NCBI GenBank assembly: GCA_963701735.1
Contig: CAVPBI010000001.1
Span: forward strand, 7,729 to 71,728
Direction of reading: 5' to 3'
Length of the DNA: 64,000 bases
From: an uncultured Ignavibacteria bacterium
GTDB taxonomy: Bacteria > Bacteroidota > Ignavibacteria > UBA10030 > UBA6906
The notes below the pieces were generated by a model. The model was not told the DNA's origin. It ran no database searches and saw only the letters and a program-made list of their open reading frames with translations. Positions 10,844-21,650 of this stretch are shown piece after piece. How positions within the stretch are numbered: the first letter of the stretch is position 1; each line of letters starts with the position of its first letter. The position numbers were made by a program, and so were the translations under genes.

Positions 10844-10892
10844 TGTCGCGCCTTTGAAACATGTGCTCCGGCGCTGTTACGAATTTGAAACA
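10844..10892. promoter_or_regulatory. Two putative enhancer (UAS) sites for a sigma54 activator
   Basis: TGT-N12-ACA at 10844-10861 and 10875-10892, both ending TTTGAAACA, 31 bp apart, about 80-130 bp upstream of the sigma54 promoter. Confidence 0.65.
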
Positions 10893-12235
10893 CGGGGGAG
10901 GGTCAGACCAAACCTCACACATTTCCTCCAGAGCGTGGTCCGGCTGATGCCGAGCTCTCGTGCGGTAAGCATCCGCTTCCAGTCGTTCTTCTTCATGGTC
11001 GCCATGATGATGTCCCGCTGCGCAAGATCGAGCGGTCCCCCGGCCTCCGGACGGGTGGGGGGCGGGCTCGTGGCCAGCTCGGGGGGGAGATGGTGCAGCT
11101 GCAACTCCTCGCCTTTGGACATGACGACCGCGTGCTCGATGATGTTCTGGAGCTCCCGGACATTCCCCGGAAACTCATGCCGCATCAGTACGGCCATCAC
11201 CTCGGGGGAGGCCGCGCGGACGGACCGCATCATCTTCTGACTGAACTTCTCGATGAAGTGGTCGACCAGCAGGGGGATGTCGTCGCGTCGTTCGGCCAAC
11301 CGCGGCAATTCCAGCTTCAGCACGTTCAGCCGGAAGTAGAGATCGTTTCTGAACCTCCCTTCATCGACCAGGCAGGCCAGGTCCTCTTTTGTGGCGGCCA
11401 GGACGCGCACATTCGCCTTCGCGGCCACCGTTGCGCCGAGCGGAAAGTACTCCTTCTCTTCAAGCACCCGGAGCAATACGATCTGCGTTGCGGGGTAAAG
11501 ACTCTCAACTTCATCGAGGAAGATGGTGCCCCCCTGGGCCAGGGCGAAGCGGCCCTTCTTGTCGCGGTGCGCGTCGGTGAAGGCGCCCCGAACGTATCCG
11601 AAGAGCTCGGACTCGAGAAGCGTGTCCGGCAGCGCGCCGCAATTCACGGCGACGAAGGGCATCGCCTTGCGGTGGCTCAGATTGTGGATGGCCCGTGCCA
11701 CGAGCTCCTTCCCCGTGCCGCTCGGACCCTGGATCAGGATCGTGCTGTCGCTCTCCGCGATGCTCGGCAAGATGTCGAAGATTCCCTGCATGAGGTGGTT
11801 CTTTGACACGATGTCCTCGAAAGCATAGGAGTGCCGCAGCTCCTTCTGCAGGGCCTCGATCGCGGAAAGGTCCCGGAACGACTCGACGCCGCCGACGATC
11901 TTCCCGCTGCTGTCTCGCAGCGCCGCGGCCGTGATGCTGATGGGAAGCGACCCCCCGCCTTTTGGCTCGAGGCGGCAATGCTTGTTGACGGTCTCCTTCC
12001 CGCTTCTCATGGCGTGGCGGAGAGCGCAGTCCGTTTCACAATTGCCGCAGCGGAGGATGTCGCAGCACAACCGGCCGAGAGCTTTGTGAGGCGGGATCCC
12101 GGTGATCCGTGCCGCTGTGCGGTTGAAGTATCTGATGTGGAGGGTTCTGTCGACGGTGAAGACGCCGGCGGCAATGCTTTCGAGAATTCTCAGAGCATGG
12201 GCGTATGGCAGGACCTTGTGGGGAGCGGTTCGCAT
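10877..12235 (-). CDS. PAS-domain sigma54-dependent enhancer-binding protein (Fis-type HTH), OrpR-like Cys motif
   Basis: GPSGTGKE Walker A, ESELFGYVRGAFTDA, FLDEV, PGNVREL, C-terminal HTH; C-X8-C-X3-C in the PAS region. Confidence 0.93.
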   Translation of the reverse strand: MRTAPHKVLPYAHALRILESIAAGVFTVDRTLHIRYFNRTAARITGIPPHKALGRLCCDILRCGNCETDCALRHAMRSGKETVNKHCRLEPKGGGSLPISITAAALRDSSGKIVGGVESFRDLSAIEALQKELRHSYAFEDIVSKNHLMQGIFDILPSIAESDSTILIQGPSGTGKELVARAIHNLSHRKAMPFVAVNCGALPDTLLESELFGYVRGAFTDAHRDKKGRFALAQGGTIFLDEVESLYPATQIVLLRVLEEKEYFPLGATVAAKANVRVLAATKEDLACLVDEGRFRNDLYFRLNVLKLELPRLAERRDDIPLLVDHFIEKFSQKMMRSVRAASPEVMAVLMRHEFPGNVRELQNIIEHAVVMSKGEELQLHHLPPELATSPPPTRPEAGGPLDLAQRDIIMATMKKNDWKRMLTARELGISRTTLWRKCVRFGLTLPRVSNS

Positions 12236-12459
12236 GGGTTCCCGATTTCAAAGTATCCATTCGACCGGCGGCCCGCAAGTAAAGCGAGGACGTTCTGTTC
12301 ACTAATGTCAATGGTTCGCAATGTGGATCTTTCTGTCATGCCCGTCGGGGCGAACCCTGGTTCCCCACCAGCTATTTCATTGTACGCACAATGGGGCGCA
12401 GTGCGCGTTCCAACGTCCCCAAAGGCATTGCGCCGTTCAAGAGTCCATTTGGAACCGCG

Positions 12460-15400
12460 CTAGTTCTCCCCGACGCCGATCACGCTGAATTCTGCCACCG
12501 AGGCGAATCCCTGTCCGGCGAACCCTTCAAGGGCGGTGAGCCGAACATAGCGGGCCCGCGCCGGCGAGGGGAAAATGACCCGTTTCTCCGTCCTGTTCCT
12601 CTCGAACGTGTCGGTCCTGACCGGCGGGCTCCATTGAAGCCCGTCGTCACTCACCGAGATTGACGCCTTTGCCACCCATCCCCCCGTTATCCCGTCAGTT
12701 CGAGGCTGAAGGATATATCCCTTCATTTCGACCTCCTTCCCCAGGTCGAGCTCCAGAGAGTGCGGGTAGCCTGGAATCTCTCCCTCCCAGGGCGTGTGCC
12801 AGAACGTGGTAGGATCGCCATCAACAGCGTTCATTCCCTCAAAGCCTCGGACCTCGCTGTCGACTCGCATGAGCTTCGCTTCATCCATGGCCGTGGGTCG
12901 GCGAAACAGCCGACGGATCGCGGTCAGCTCGACTGACTGTGTGGGCTGAAATGCGGTGCCTGAGGCGTACGCAAGAACTGACCGGAGCATCTGCCGTGCG
13001 ACCGGCCTGCCATCCATACCTGTCGACAGATCCATGCTGCACACGAGCAGCCTGCCTTTCCCGACCTTCGCTTCGAAGAGGAGGCCCAGCTTCCGGTTCG
13101 TGTTCCAGTCGTCTATGACCTGCACGAGCGGACGGGCGCCTGCCGGGAGGGAGTCCAGAACCATGGATTTCGAACTGCTGACAATCTCCCACCACTGCCA
13201 GGTCGAGTGATACTCCGTCGGAAAATCCGCGAAGAGCGGATGCTTCGGGTCGCAGAGAATTCCGAGCGTATGCGGCGGCTGCTTCCCCGACCATGACGTG
13301 TTCCAGAAGATGGAGGAAAAACCTGCAGGGACAGAAGAGTTGACGAGCTTCGGATTTCCCAGCAACAGGACCTTCCTTCCATCCTGAAGGGCTTTCTCGA
13401 CGTCGGGCGTGATCTCGCGTGCCACGATGAGGTCATCGGGCCAGCGGATGGGAGATGAAGCGGGGTAGACCCAGATGTCCCAGGAATTCGAATACTCCGT
13501 CCCCTTCAGACCGAGCGTCAATGTCAGCCTCGTCGCCCTGGCGATGTCCTGAAGTGGCACGGCCAGCTGTCCGAGGGGACTGACGCTCCCCTGAGGAATA
13601 GTCCGGCGTTCGAGGAGTCCTGAGGCGAACAGGGAACCGTCCGGCCGCTTGAGGGACCACTCGGGGATCGCATCCGGGAGCTCCGCTGCCGAGTAGTTTG
13701 CGAACTCTGCCTTCGCGGCAAATTGCTCCGCACTTGTCCAGACGACTTTCGCCATGCGCATCAGGGGAACCGTTGCCGAGCAGAACCGGCGAAACTCTTC
13801 CGGTGTGACGTACCCTTTCGAACGCCAGAATGGGTTGAGCACTCCGACGAGCGCCGTTCCCTGTCCGGGGAAGTCGTGGAGCCCGAGTAGCTGAAACCCC
13901 CCGAAGCCGGGCGTCCGCAGGGCAGCCTCGATCTCCTCCTTGTATTCCAGCACCTGGAGCTTTCCTGATGCCACCAGGAAATCCTCAGCCTGATCCAGCA
14001 GCTGCTTCCGCTCCAGATCGTCCCGGACGATCTCGAAGTTCTTTGCCTTCAGGACCCCTGTGTACTGCGCCGTCTCCGCGAGGTCCGGAAACACGCACCA
14101 CTGCCCGATCTCGTGGGACACGGAGGGGACTTTGTATTTCGAGATGACACTCGTATAGTCGATCTCCGTGGTCAATGGCTGGCTGTTGAAACGGCTGCTC
14201 AACGCGGCTCCCCAGGCATGGACTCTCGGCTCGGGCGTGGAGTTGTAGTCGCTCACGGGCAGGATGGGCCACCCGGAACATGTCGTGTACAGCCGCCGGG
14301 AATCCTTCTCCTTCCAGGAGGAGACGATGGCCGTGAGGAATTCCTGCTGCTTCTCGCCCGAGGGTTCGTTCCCGACCGCGAGCATGCAGAAGGACGGATG
14401 GTTGCCATACTCCCTCAAGATCCGCTCGCTTTCTGCATAGATGAAAGCATCAACTGCGGGGTCGTCCCCGAGACGCGTCCAGACCGGCGTCTCGACCTGC
14501 AGGATGAGGCCAAGGCGGTCGGCAGCCTCGAACGCGGCTTCGGGCGGACACCACGAATGGAACCGGATATGGTTGAGTCCGTGGTCCTTCGCAGCCGTAA
14601 ACACCCTCTCCCATTCGGGCGTCTCCATGGGCGGATATCCGGTCAGCGGAAACACACAGCATTCGAGCGTGCCTCTCAGGAACGTCACTCTTCCGTTGAG
14701 CGTGAAATCCGTCCCCCGCGTCCGGAATTCGCGCATGCCAAACGTCGTGCTCTTGCGGTCGGCATACGTCCTTTTTCCATCGCGAGCTGTAAGCTCGGCG
14801 TCCAGGGCGTAGATCACCGGAGAGAACTCATCCCAGAGACGGGCATCGCTCCCCATCTCAAGGTCTGCCTCGAGGGTAGTCTGCCCCGAAGGAATGGTTC
14901 TGCGGATCGTCGTTGCCGGTACCTCATGGAGCGGGGAGCCCGTGACGGTGCGTGCTGCCAGTACGATGCTCACCTTCGTGGAGTGGCCCGCAGCATTCGT
15001 AACCGTGCATCGGATCCGGGCAATGCGTCGCTGGACGTCGGGATAGACCTGCAGGTCCGCGATCCGCACCTGATCGCAGGCCTTCAGTTCGAGCGTGCCT
15101 GTGAGCCCGTTCCAGTTGGTCTGGGTATGATCGCAGATGCTGTGGGCGTTCCGGCCCACGTCGATGTTCGGCGTGTTGTCCACCCGGACGACGAGCCTGT
15201 GGCGACCCTCGGAGAGAACGCCGAGTGCGAACTCGTGGGGAACGCAAAGGCTGTTCTGTGTCCCGGCGGGCCTGCCGTCAAGCCACACGTGACTCTCCCA
15301 GTGGGCGCGCTCCAGAACAAGATGCACGTCCTTGCCCTTCCAGCCGGCCGGGATGACGATGTCCCGTGCGTACCAGGCGGGGCCGACGTAGTACTTGTCC

Positions 15401-15768
15401 GGCGTGAGCCAGAACGGAATCTTGATGTCGCCCGGCTTCCGGTATGGCGCGTATCGCTCGTCGGTGAACCATGCACTGTCGATGATGCTGCCAGTCCACC
15501 TTGTCGCGATGGAGATTTCATCGCCGATATTGTTCTCGGTGAGTGAACCCGGGAGCTTCACGGAGTCGCTGAACGTGCTGTCCTGCCAGCGGTTGTCTGC
15601 GCCCACGTTGCCGGGGTCGAGGCGGACCCTCCATGTGCCTGCGATTGAGATCTGCGCCGACGGGGTGGCCCGATCCCTGGCTGATGCTGATGGAACAAAG
15701 AGCCCGATGACAATGGCTGCCCGGATGGTGGCACGTGCGATCCTGCGATTGCGTCTGCGGTTCTTCAT
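12460..15768 (-). CDS. GH2-family glycoside hydrolase with C-terminal F5/8 type C domain
   Basis: WYxR, LERAHW, FGMREF, NHIRFHSWCPP, GNE acid/base, SHEIGQW; discoidin domain (DGDPTTFWHT); start uncertain (15768 or 15813). Confidence 0.85.
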   Translation of the reverse strand: MKNRRRNRRIARATIRAAIVIGLFVPSASARDRATPSAQISIAGTWRVRLDPGNVGADNRWQDSTFSDSVKLPGSLTENNIGDEISIATRWTGSIIDSAWFTDERYAPYRKPGDIKIPFWLTPDKYYVGPAWYARDIVIPAGWKGKDVHLVLERAHWESHVWLDGRPAGTQNSLCVPHEFALGVLSEGRHRLVVRVDNTPNIDVGRNAHSICDHTQTNWNGLTGTLELKACDQVRIADLQVYPDVQRRIARIRCTVTNAAGHSTKVSIVLAARTVTGSPLHEVPATTIRRTIPSGQTTLEADLEMGSDARLWDEFSPVIYALDAELTARDGKRTYADRKSTTFGMREFRTRGTDFTLNGRVTFLRGTLECCVFPLTGYPPMETPEWERVFTAAKDHGLNHIRFHSWCPPEAAFEAADRLGLILQVETPVWTRLGDDPAVDAFIYAESERILREYGNHPSFCMLAVGNEPSGEKQQEFLTAIVSSWKEKDSRRLYTTCSGWPILPVSDYNSTPEPRVHAWGAALSSRFNSQPLTTEIDYTSVISKYKVPSVSHEIGQWCVFPDLAETAQYTGVLKAKNFEIVRDDLERKQLLDQAEDFLVASGKLQVLEYKEEIEAALRTPGFGGFQLLGLHDFPGQGTALVGVLNPFWRSKGYVTPEEFRRFCSATVPLMRMAKVVWTSAEQFAAKAEFANYSAAELPDAIPEWSLKRPDGSLFASGLLERRTIPQGSVSPLGQLAVPLQDIARATRLTLTLGLKGTEYSNSWDIWVYPASSPIRWPDDLIVAREITPDVEKALQDGRKVLLLGNPKLVNSSVPAGFSSIFWNTSWSGKQPPHTLGILCDPKHPLFADFPTEYHSTWQWWEIVSSSKSMVLDSLPAGARPLVQVIDDWNTNRKLGLLFEAKVGKGRLLVCSMDLSTGMDGRPVARQMLRSVLAYASGTAFQPTQSVELTAIRRLFRRPTAMDEAKLMRVDSEVRGFEGMNAVDGDPTTFWHTPWEGEIPGYPHSLELDLGKEVEMKGYILQPRTDGITGGWVAKASISVSDDGLQWSPPVRTDTFERNRTEKRVIFPSPARARYVRLTALEGFAGQGFASVAEFSVIGVGEN

Positions 15769-15862
15769 GAGATCAACCCTTCGGGGTATTGATGCTGTCT
15801 GCTGGTGCGGCATCTCTCTGCCTGGTTCCCTGCAATGATTGCGTGAGCAGCTACAATGCTTC

Positions 15863-18397
15863 CTAGCGCCTGGCCTTCACCCTGACAATAGAGAGGGAAT
15901 TCGGGGGGCAGCGATAGGTGAACGATCCGCCGAGGTCGCGGAGAGCGACCGACCTTGGGGCCACCCGTTCCGGCTGGTCCAGCGAATTCTCGTCGGTCGG
16001 GCTCCCGGAAGTCAGCACGATCGCTTCGCCGGCCGGTTCGATCGCGCCGGCGCCGTTGATCGACACCTGGCAGGTCTTCTCCTCCCCGAAGGGATTCACC
16101 ACTTTCAGGATCAGCGTGCCATCGCTCTCCCGGATTCCGGAGGTCGCGAATATTGTCGGGATGTATTTCTCGCGCAGCTGAGCGTCATGCCTGAGTTCCC
16201 CGTCGAGGAAGCAGCGGACGCGGCGGCCGCTGACTTCGATCCTGACCTCGTACCATTTCCCCGCCTCGATGCGGATCTCCCGGCGTTTACCGAGATCGAC
16301 CCTGTCCTGCATGAGAACATCGGTGGAGTTCCCCCACCCGCCGATATTCCACATACACTGACTTTCCGCGTTCTTCAGCACATAGACGATGAACCCTTCC
16401 TCGCCGCTGAGCTTTCGCGCCTTCAGCGTGAGGGTGTAGTCTGACCATCCCTGCTCGCCCGCATCGGCCATCGCTTCGACGACCGTGTTCTTGTTCCTGA
16501 GCGCCCCGTTGTTGACCTCCCAGAGGTCCTGCTGTTGCCTCCAATGGCCGGCACCCGAGGAGAAGTCGTCGAAAAAGAGCGTCTGGCCGTTCTTCTCGAC
16601 CCTCACGTCCCTGTATTCGGCGACGGTATTCCAGGCACTGAGGGCAATGCCGCCGCGGAGGTGCTCCCATCGGCGACCTGTGGTGTCCACGACGTAGTCG
16701 ACCGAGGTCGGCAGCACGCGATCGGGACGGTGCAGCGAGAACATCTTGATGGCGTGGTATGACGGGGTGCCATACGAGCGGGATCCGTCGTAGACGATCA
16801 TGTCGGGGTTCCACGCCCGGTCGTTCACGTTGACGAATGTCGGTGCATACGAGGCCATGCGGACTTTGTCGGCATTCCGTTCCATGCCGATCATGAAGGC
16901 GGACTCGCCGAGCGCGGCCAGGAGGTTGCCCTTTCCCGGACCGCCGGCCGTCACGGCGAACTCCCCGATGTAGATGCCCACCGAATCGGAGCGGTCGTAG
17001 GTGTCGTATTTCGTCGATTGCTCATAGAAGAACGCCGGCGACTGGTAGTAGTGTTCGTCGATCATTTCGAGGCTGACCCCGGGGTACGATGCTCTGTCCT
17101 GATCGGTCAGCATCACAAGTTCATTGGCGATCGTGATGATCCCGGGGTATGCCCTCTTGATGCCCGACTGGATGAACCGGTACGCCCGCTGGTAGTCGGG
17201 GCCGCCGTTCTCGTTGCCGATCTCGACATATCTGACGACAAACGGCGCTGGATGGCCGTTGGCCGCCCTCAGCGTCCCCCAGTGGCTGGTCGCGGGTCCC
17301 ATTGCATACTCCAGCGCGTCGAGCGCCTCCTGCAGGTAGTCCTTGAGCTGTTCCCGGTCGGCCACCATTCCCGCACGCCCCTGACACGACATGCCGACGT
17401 TGATCACGTACAGCGGCTCCGCGCCCAGGTCCTCGCAGAGCTGGAGGAACTCGTGAAAGCCGAGCCCGTCGGTCGCGCGATATCCCCAGAGGTTCCAGTG
17501 CCCCGGGCGGGCCGCAATATCGCCGATGGTGCGTTTCCACTGGACGCGGTTTTCGAGCGTCGCGCCTTCGACCACGCAGCCGCCGGGGAAGCGGACGAAC
17601 GAGGGATTCATGTCGGCGAGCAGGTTCGCAAGATCTTTGCGCAAGCCATTCGGACGGTTCTTCCAGGTCTCCGCGGGAAAGAGCGAGACGACATCGAACC
17701 AGATGGTCCCGGCGCTTCCGGCAGAGAGAACAAGGCGCGCACGCGGGTCGTCGCCGCTCGAGGTGAAGGTCGCGCGAAACTGCTTCCAGGTCCCGGTGAT
17801 GCCGGTGATCTGCTGTGATGCGAATGGCTGGCCCGAGGCGCTCTCCAGGGTAGCCGTGATCTTCCCCGGTGACCGTGAGTCCTTCCGTGCGTAGAACGAG
17901 AGCTCATAGGACTCTCCCCTCCTGAGCGGTATTCCCCAGTAGCCTCCGTTGGCCACGCCAGCCCGCCCCGGACCGGTCGTGAGAACCTCGAACTTCATCG
18001 ACTGGGAGTTCGAGGGGTTGATCGGATTGATCGTATCCAGCTGCATCCTGGCAGACGCACCGTCCTCCTGAATCAACGACCAGAACTGCAGGTCGGCGGG
18101 ACGGCGATACGCCCCCTTCCACCCCTTCGGGTTGATGATCGTGGAATCGTCGATCCAGTGCATATCCTCGGGGGCGCGGTTGTATTCGAAATCCCTGTTC
18201 CGGATCAGCTCCGCATACAGGCCACCATCGGCCGCATGGTTGATATCTTCGAAGAAGATGCCGTACATCGAAGGGCTCAACGCGGGACCGGGACGGGCAG
18301 CGTCGATGCTGATGCGCGCCGGGCGGGATTCCTGGGCGGACACGACCGTTGCAAACAGGAGCGGAATCAGGACAGCAACCAGAATTCGGTTCTTCAT
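15863..18397 (-). CDS. GH51 alpha-L-arabinofuranosidase
   Basis: YGIFFEDINHAADGGLYAELI, RFPGGC, EIGNEN, DEHYY, GEFA, MERNAD..MASYAP; signal peptide. Confidence 0.93.
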   Translation of the reverse strand: MKNRILVAVLIPLLFATVVSAQESRPARISIDAARPGPALSPSMYGIFFEDINHAADGGLYAELIRNRDFEYNRAPEDMHWIDDSTIINPKGWKGAYRRPADLQFWSLIQEDGASARMQLDTINPINPSNSQSMKFEVLTTGPGRAGVANGGYWGIPLRRGESYELSFYARKDSRSPGKITATLESASGQPFASQQITGITGTWKQFRATFTSSGDDPRARLVLSAGSAGTIWFDVVSLFPAETWKNRPNGLRKDLANLLADMNPSFVRFPGGCVVEGATLENRVQWKRTIGDIAARPGHWNLWGYRATDGLGFHEFLQLCEDLGAEPLYVINVGMSCQGRAGMVADREQLKDYLQEALDALEYAMGPATSHWGTLRAANGHPAPFVVRYVEIGNENGGPDYQRAYRFIQSGIKRAYPGIITIANELVMLTDQDRASYPGVSLEMIDEHYYQSPAFFYEQSTKYDTYDRSDSVGIYIGEFAVTAGGPGKGNLLAALGESAFMIGMERNADKVRMASYAPTFVNVNDRAWNPDMIVYDGSRSYGTPSYHAIKMFSLHRPDRVLPTSVDYVVDTTGRRWEHLRGGIALSAWNTVAEYRDVRVEKNGQTLFFDDFSSGAGHWRQQQDLWEVNNGALRNKNTVVEAMADAGEQGWSDYTLTLKARKLSGEEGFIVYVLKNAESQCMWNIGGWGNSTDVLMQDRVDLGKRREIRIEAGKWYEVRIEVSGRRVRCFLDGELRHDAQLREKYIPTIFATSGIRESDGTLILKVVNPFGEEKTCQVSINGAGAIEPAGEAIVLTSGSPTDENSLDQPERVAPRSVALRDLGGSFTYRCPPNSLSIVRVKARR

Positions 18398-18671
18398 GGG
18401 GGGTGACCGGGATTGTGAATGGGTTCGCTCGCGGGGCGAACGCGGTGACCGCGGCCGTGCTGCCGTCGAGGCTCACGGGACAGGTTTCTGAAAACTACTG
18501 ACCGCCGACTGCATTGTCAATCGACACGAGCGTCAATGGGGACGAGGTTCCTGCGGTTGCTTTTGGAGATGGCGAGTGCTACGTTACATTCACGTCCACC
18601 TGACGCCCGCCGGCTTGCAGGCTCACGAGAAGCCGCGCCTGGCGGTGCTCACCCGCTCTGTCTCTTCCTTC

Positions 18672-20055
18672 ATGAACAGACTCTTCATCGCCTTCGTCTG
18701 CACGGTGGCGGCCCTTGGAGGGCTGCTGTTCGGCTACGACACGGCGGTCATCTCCGGCGCCATCGGGTATATGAGCAGGCACTTCGGGATGACTCCCGCG
18801 CTGGAAGGGTGGACCTCCTCGTCCGTTTTGCTGGGATGTGCCGTGGGGGCCGGGAGTGCGGGTTTTGTGAGCGACAGGATCGGCCGGAAAAGAGCTCTTC
18901 TGGTCTCGGCTCTCTGCTTTTTCGCCAGCTCGCTGGGGACCGCGCTCGCGCCGACGCTCGGCACGTTTGTGGCCTTCAGGATTCTGGGCGGACTCGGAAT
19001 CGGCTCCGCGTCGATCATTTCTCCGATGTATATTGCCGAAATCACCCCGGCGCCCATCCGGGGCAAAATGGTGACCCTCAACCAGTTCGCCATCGTGACC
19101 GGGATGCTGCTGGTCTACTTTGTGAACTACTTCATCGCCGGGCAGGGGACGGAGGCGTGGAACCGGACAGACGGCTGGCGATGGATGTTCGGATCCGGGG
19201 CGATCCCTTCGTTCTTCCTCCTTGTTTCGCTCCTGTTCATCCCCGAAACCCCGCGATGGACTCGCACTCCATGCCCGCGATGGGGTCGAACGGGCCCGCA
19301 GGATCATGGTCCGGATCGGCGGGGAAGAGTATGCCCGCGAAGAACTGCGGGGCATCGAAATGAGCGCTGACCACTCCTCCTCTCCGCTTGCCGAACTCCT
19401 TGGCAAGCCGTTCCGTGCGGTTTTCATCCTGGGGATTGCGCTTGCCATTCTCCAGCAGGTCACGGGGATCAATGTTTTCCTCTATTATGGTCCGGAGATC
19501 TTCAAATCGATCGTGCAGGGGACGCACACTGATGCCGCCCTCCTGCAGACCATCGTTATCGGCGCCTGCAACATGATATTCACAGTCGTGGCCTTCGCGA
19601 CCGTGGACAGAGTCGGACGACGCCCGCTGATGCTCATCGGGGCGGCGGGCATGTGCCTTGCCCTCGTCTCCATGGGCGTGGCGGCGTACATGGGGCGGAC
19701 CGAGGGGTGGCTGCTGGCATTCATCCTTGTCTACATCGCCTCGTTCGCCCTGGCCGTGGGTCCGGTGACCTGGGTGATTCTCTCCGAAATCTTTCCGACC
19801 CGCATGCGCGGTACGGCCATGGCGATTGCGACCGTCTGCCTCTGGATCGCCAACTACGGAGTCTCGCAGACGTTTCCAATGCTGGACAAATCAACCCTCC
19901 TTGTCGATCTCTTCCATCACGCCTTCCCGTTCTGGGTCTATGCAGCCTTCTGTGTCGTGCTCTTCCTCCTGGTGCTGACCAGGATTCCGGAGACCCGCGG
20001 GAAGTCGCTGGAGGAGATAGAACGTATCTGGCACCATCGCGGAACACCGTCATGA
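18672..20055 (+). CDS. Sugar porter family MFS transporter (XylE-like), split by a +1 frameshift at about 19260
   Basis: GGLLFGYDTAVISG, DRIGRK, PMYIAE, PETPRW | QQVTGIN, DRVGRR, SEIFP, PETRGKSLEEIE. Confidence 0.9.
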
Positions 20056-21317
20056 CCTCTCGAGAACGCGTCATCGCCTCGTTGAATCACAGAGAGCCCG
20101 ACAGAGTCCCCTTCGATCTCGGCGGAAGTGCGGTGACCGGGATGCAGGTGAGCACGGTTTACAGGCTGAGGCAGGCCCTCGGGCTCGATCCCCCGGGCAC
20201 CCCGGTGAAGGTCGTGGAGCCCTATCAGATGCTCGGAGAGATCGCCCCGGATCTGATGGATGCGATCAGCATCGATGTGGTGTGCCTCTGGGGAAGAAAG
20301 ACGATGTTCGGATTCGAAAACAGGGAATGGAAGGAGTGGCGGTTGTTCGACGGGACTCCCGTGCTGGTGCCGGGTGCCTTCAATACCGAGCCGGAACCGA
20401 ACGGAGACATCCTGATGTATCCGGAAGGGGACAGGTCGATTGCGCCCAGCGGGAGAATGCCGAAGGACGGCTACTACTTCGATGCGATCGTCCGGCAGGG
20501 GCCGATCGACGATGAGCGCCTCCGTGTTGAGGACAACACCGAGGAATTCGCTCCCGTGTCCGAAGCCGATCTGCTCCACTTCAAGTACCACGCCGAGCGC
20601 CTCTACGCCCAGACGGACAGAGCGATACTGGCGACGTTTGGAGGCACGGCGTTTGGTGATATCGCGCTGGTCCCGGCGATGTGGCTGAGGCATCCGCGGG
20701 GCATCCGGGATATCGAGGAGTGGTATGTCAGCACCATGACCCGCAAAGAGTACGTCCGGTCGATTTTCGAGAAGCAGTGCGAGATTGCGCTGCAGAATCT
20801 GGCCAAGATCCACGAGGTCGTGGGCGAGCGTGTGGCGGCTGTCTTCACGACCGGGACGGATTTCGGGACGCAATGCGGTCCGTTCATCTCCGTTGCGGCG
20901 TACCGGGATCTCTATCAACCGTTCCACAAGGAAGTGAACGGCTGGATCCACAAGAACACGACCTGGAAATCCTTCATCCATTCATGCGGGTCCGTGTACC
21001 AGCTCATTCCCCATTTCGTCGAGAGCGGATTCGATATTCTTAATCCGGTCCAGTGCTCGGCCACCGATATGGATCCCGCCCGGCTGAAGTCGCGGTTCGG
21101 CGATGCGCTCACGTTCTGGGGGGGAAGCATCGATACGCAGATGACCCTTCCTTTCGGGACGCCGGAGCAGGTCGCGGAGGAGGTGCGTGCGCGCGTCGGG
21201 AAATTCCGCGCCGGTGGCGGCTACATCTTTAACACCATCCACAACGTCCAGGCGGGTGTCCCTATCAAGAACCTCATGGCGATGATCGAAACCTTCCACG
21301 ACTGCCGGGAATACTAA
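20052..21317 (+). CDS. URO-D / MtaA-like methyltransferase-family protein
   Basis: MTSRERV..LNHREPDRVPFD, TDFGTQ, HSCG, FWGGSIDTQ, GGYIFNTIHNVQ; ATGA overlap with the transporter stop. Confidence 0.85.
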   Translation: MTSRERVIASLNHREPDRVPFDLGGSAVTGMQVSTVYRLRQALGLDPPGTPVKVVEPYQMLGEIAPDLMDAISIDVVCLWGRKTMFGFENREWKEWRLFDGTPVLVPGAFNTEPEPNGDILMYPEGDRSIAPSGRMPKDGYYFDAIVRQGPIDDERLRVEDNTEEFAPVSEADLLHFKYHAERLYAQTDRAILATFGGTAFGDIALVPAMWLRHPRGIRDIEEWYVSTMTRKEYVRSIFEKQCEIALQNLAKIHEVVGERVAAVFTTGTDFGTQCGPFISVAAYRDLYQPFHKEVNGWIHKNTTWKSFIHSCGSVYQLIPHFVESGFDILNPVQCSATDMDPARLKSRFGDALTFWGGSIDTQMTLPFGTPEQVAEEVRARVGKFRAGGGYIFNTIHNVQAGVPIKNLMAMIETFHDCREY

Positions 21318-21650
21318 AGGGGTGCTGCGGGGGCGGATGGGGGTCTCACAGAACCCTGATGGGCATCGCATTTGCCGTTCTGGAGCCAGAGCCGAAGATT
21401 CGTCGGCGATCAGAGTAGCCGAAATATATCCCTTGACAGACCCCGTGGGCATACGGACCGATCACATGGAAGTGGATGACGCCGGGCGCTCGGGACCGGA
21501 GCGGGGCCACGCGACAGGGATACTCTGACCGATGCACAAGGCTCGGCACCCCGCGAGCCTTGCAGAGAGTACAGCAATAGAAGGGCTACTGAGAACCACA
21601 AAGGCAACAGCCGATGTTTGAGGTGTTGCCCTCACACTCCGGAGGAACAC

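Noticed and set aside
19250-19275. Split sugar porter as two half-transporters
   Set aside because: One extra base after PETPRW restores a normal 12-TM porter, and the second half has no convincing start
21530-21640. Riboswitch in the GH120 leader
   Set aside because: Two hairpins are present but I recognise no conserved riboswitch motif
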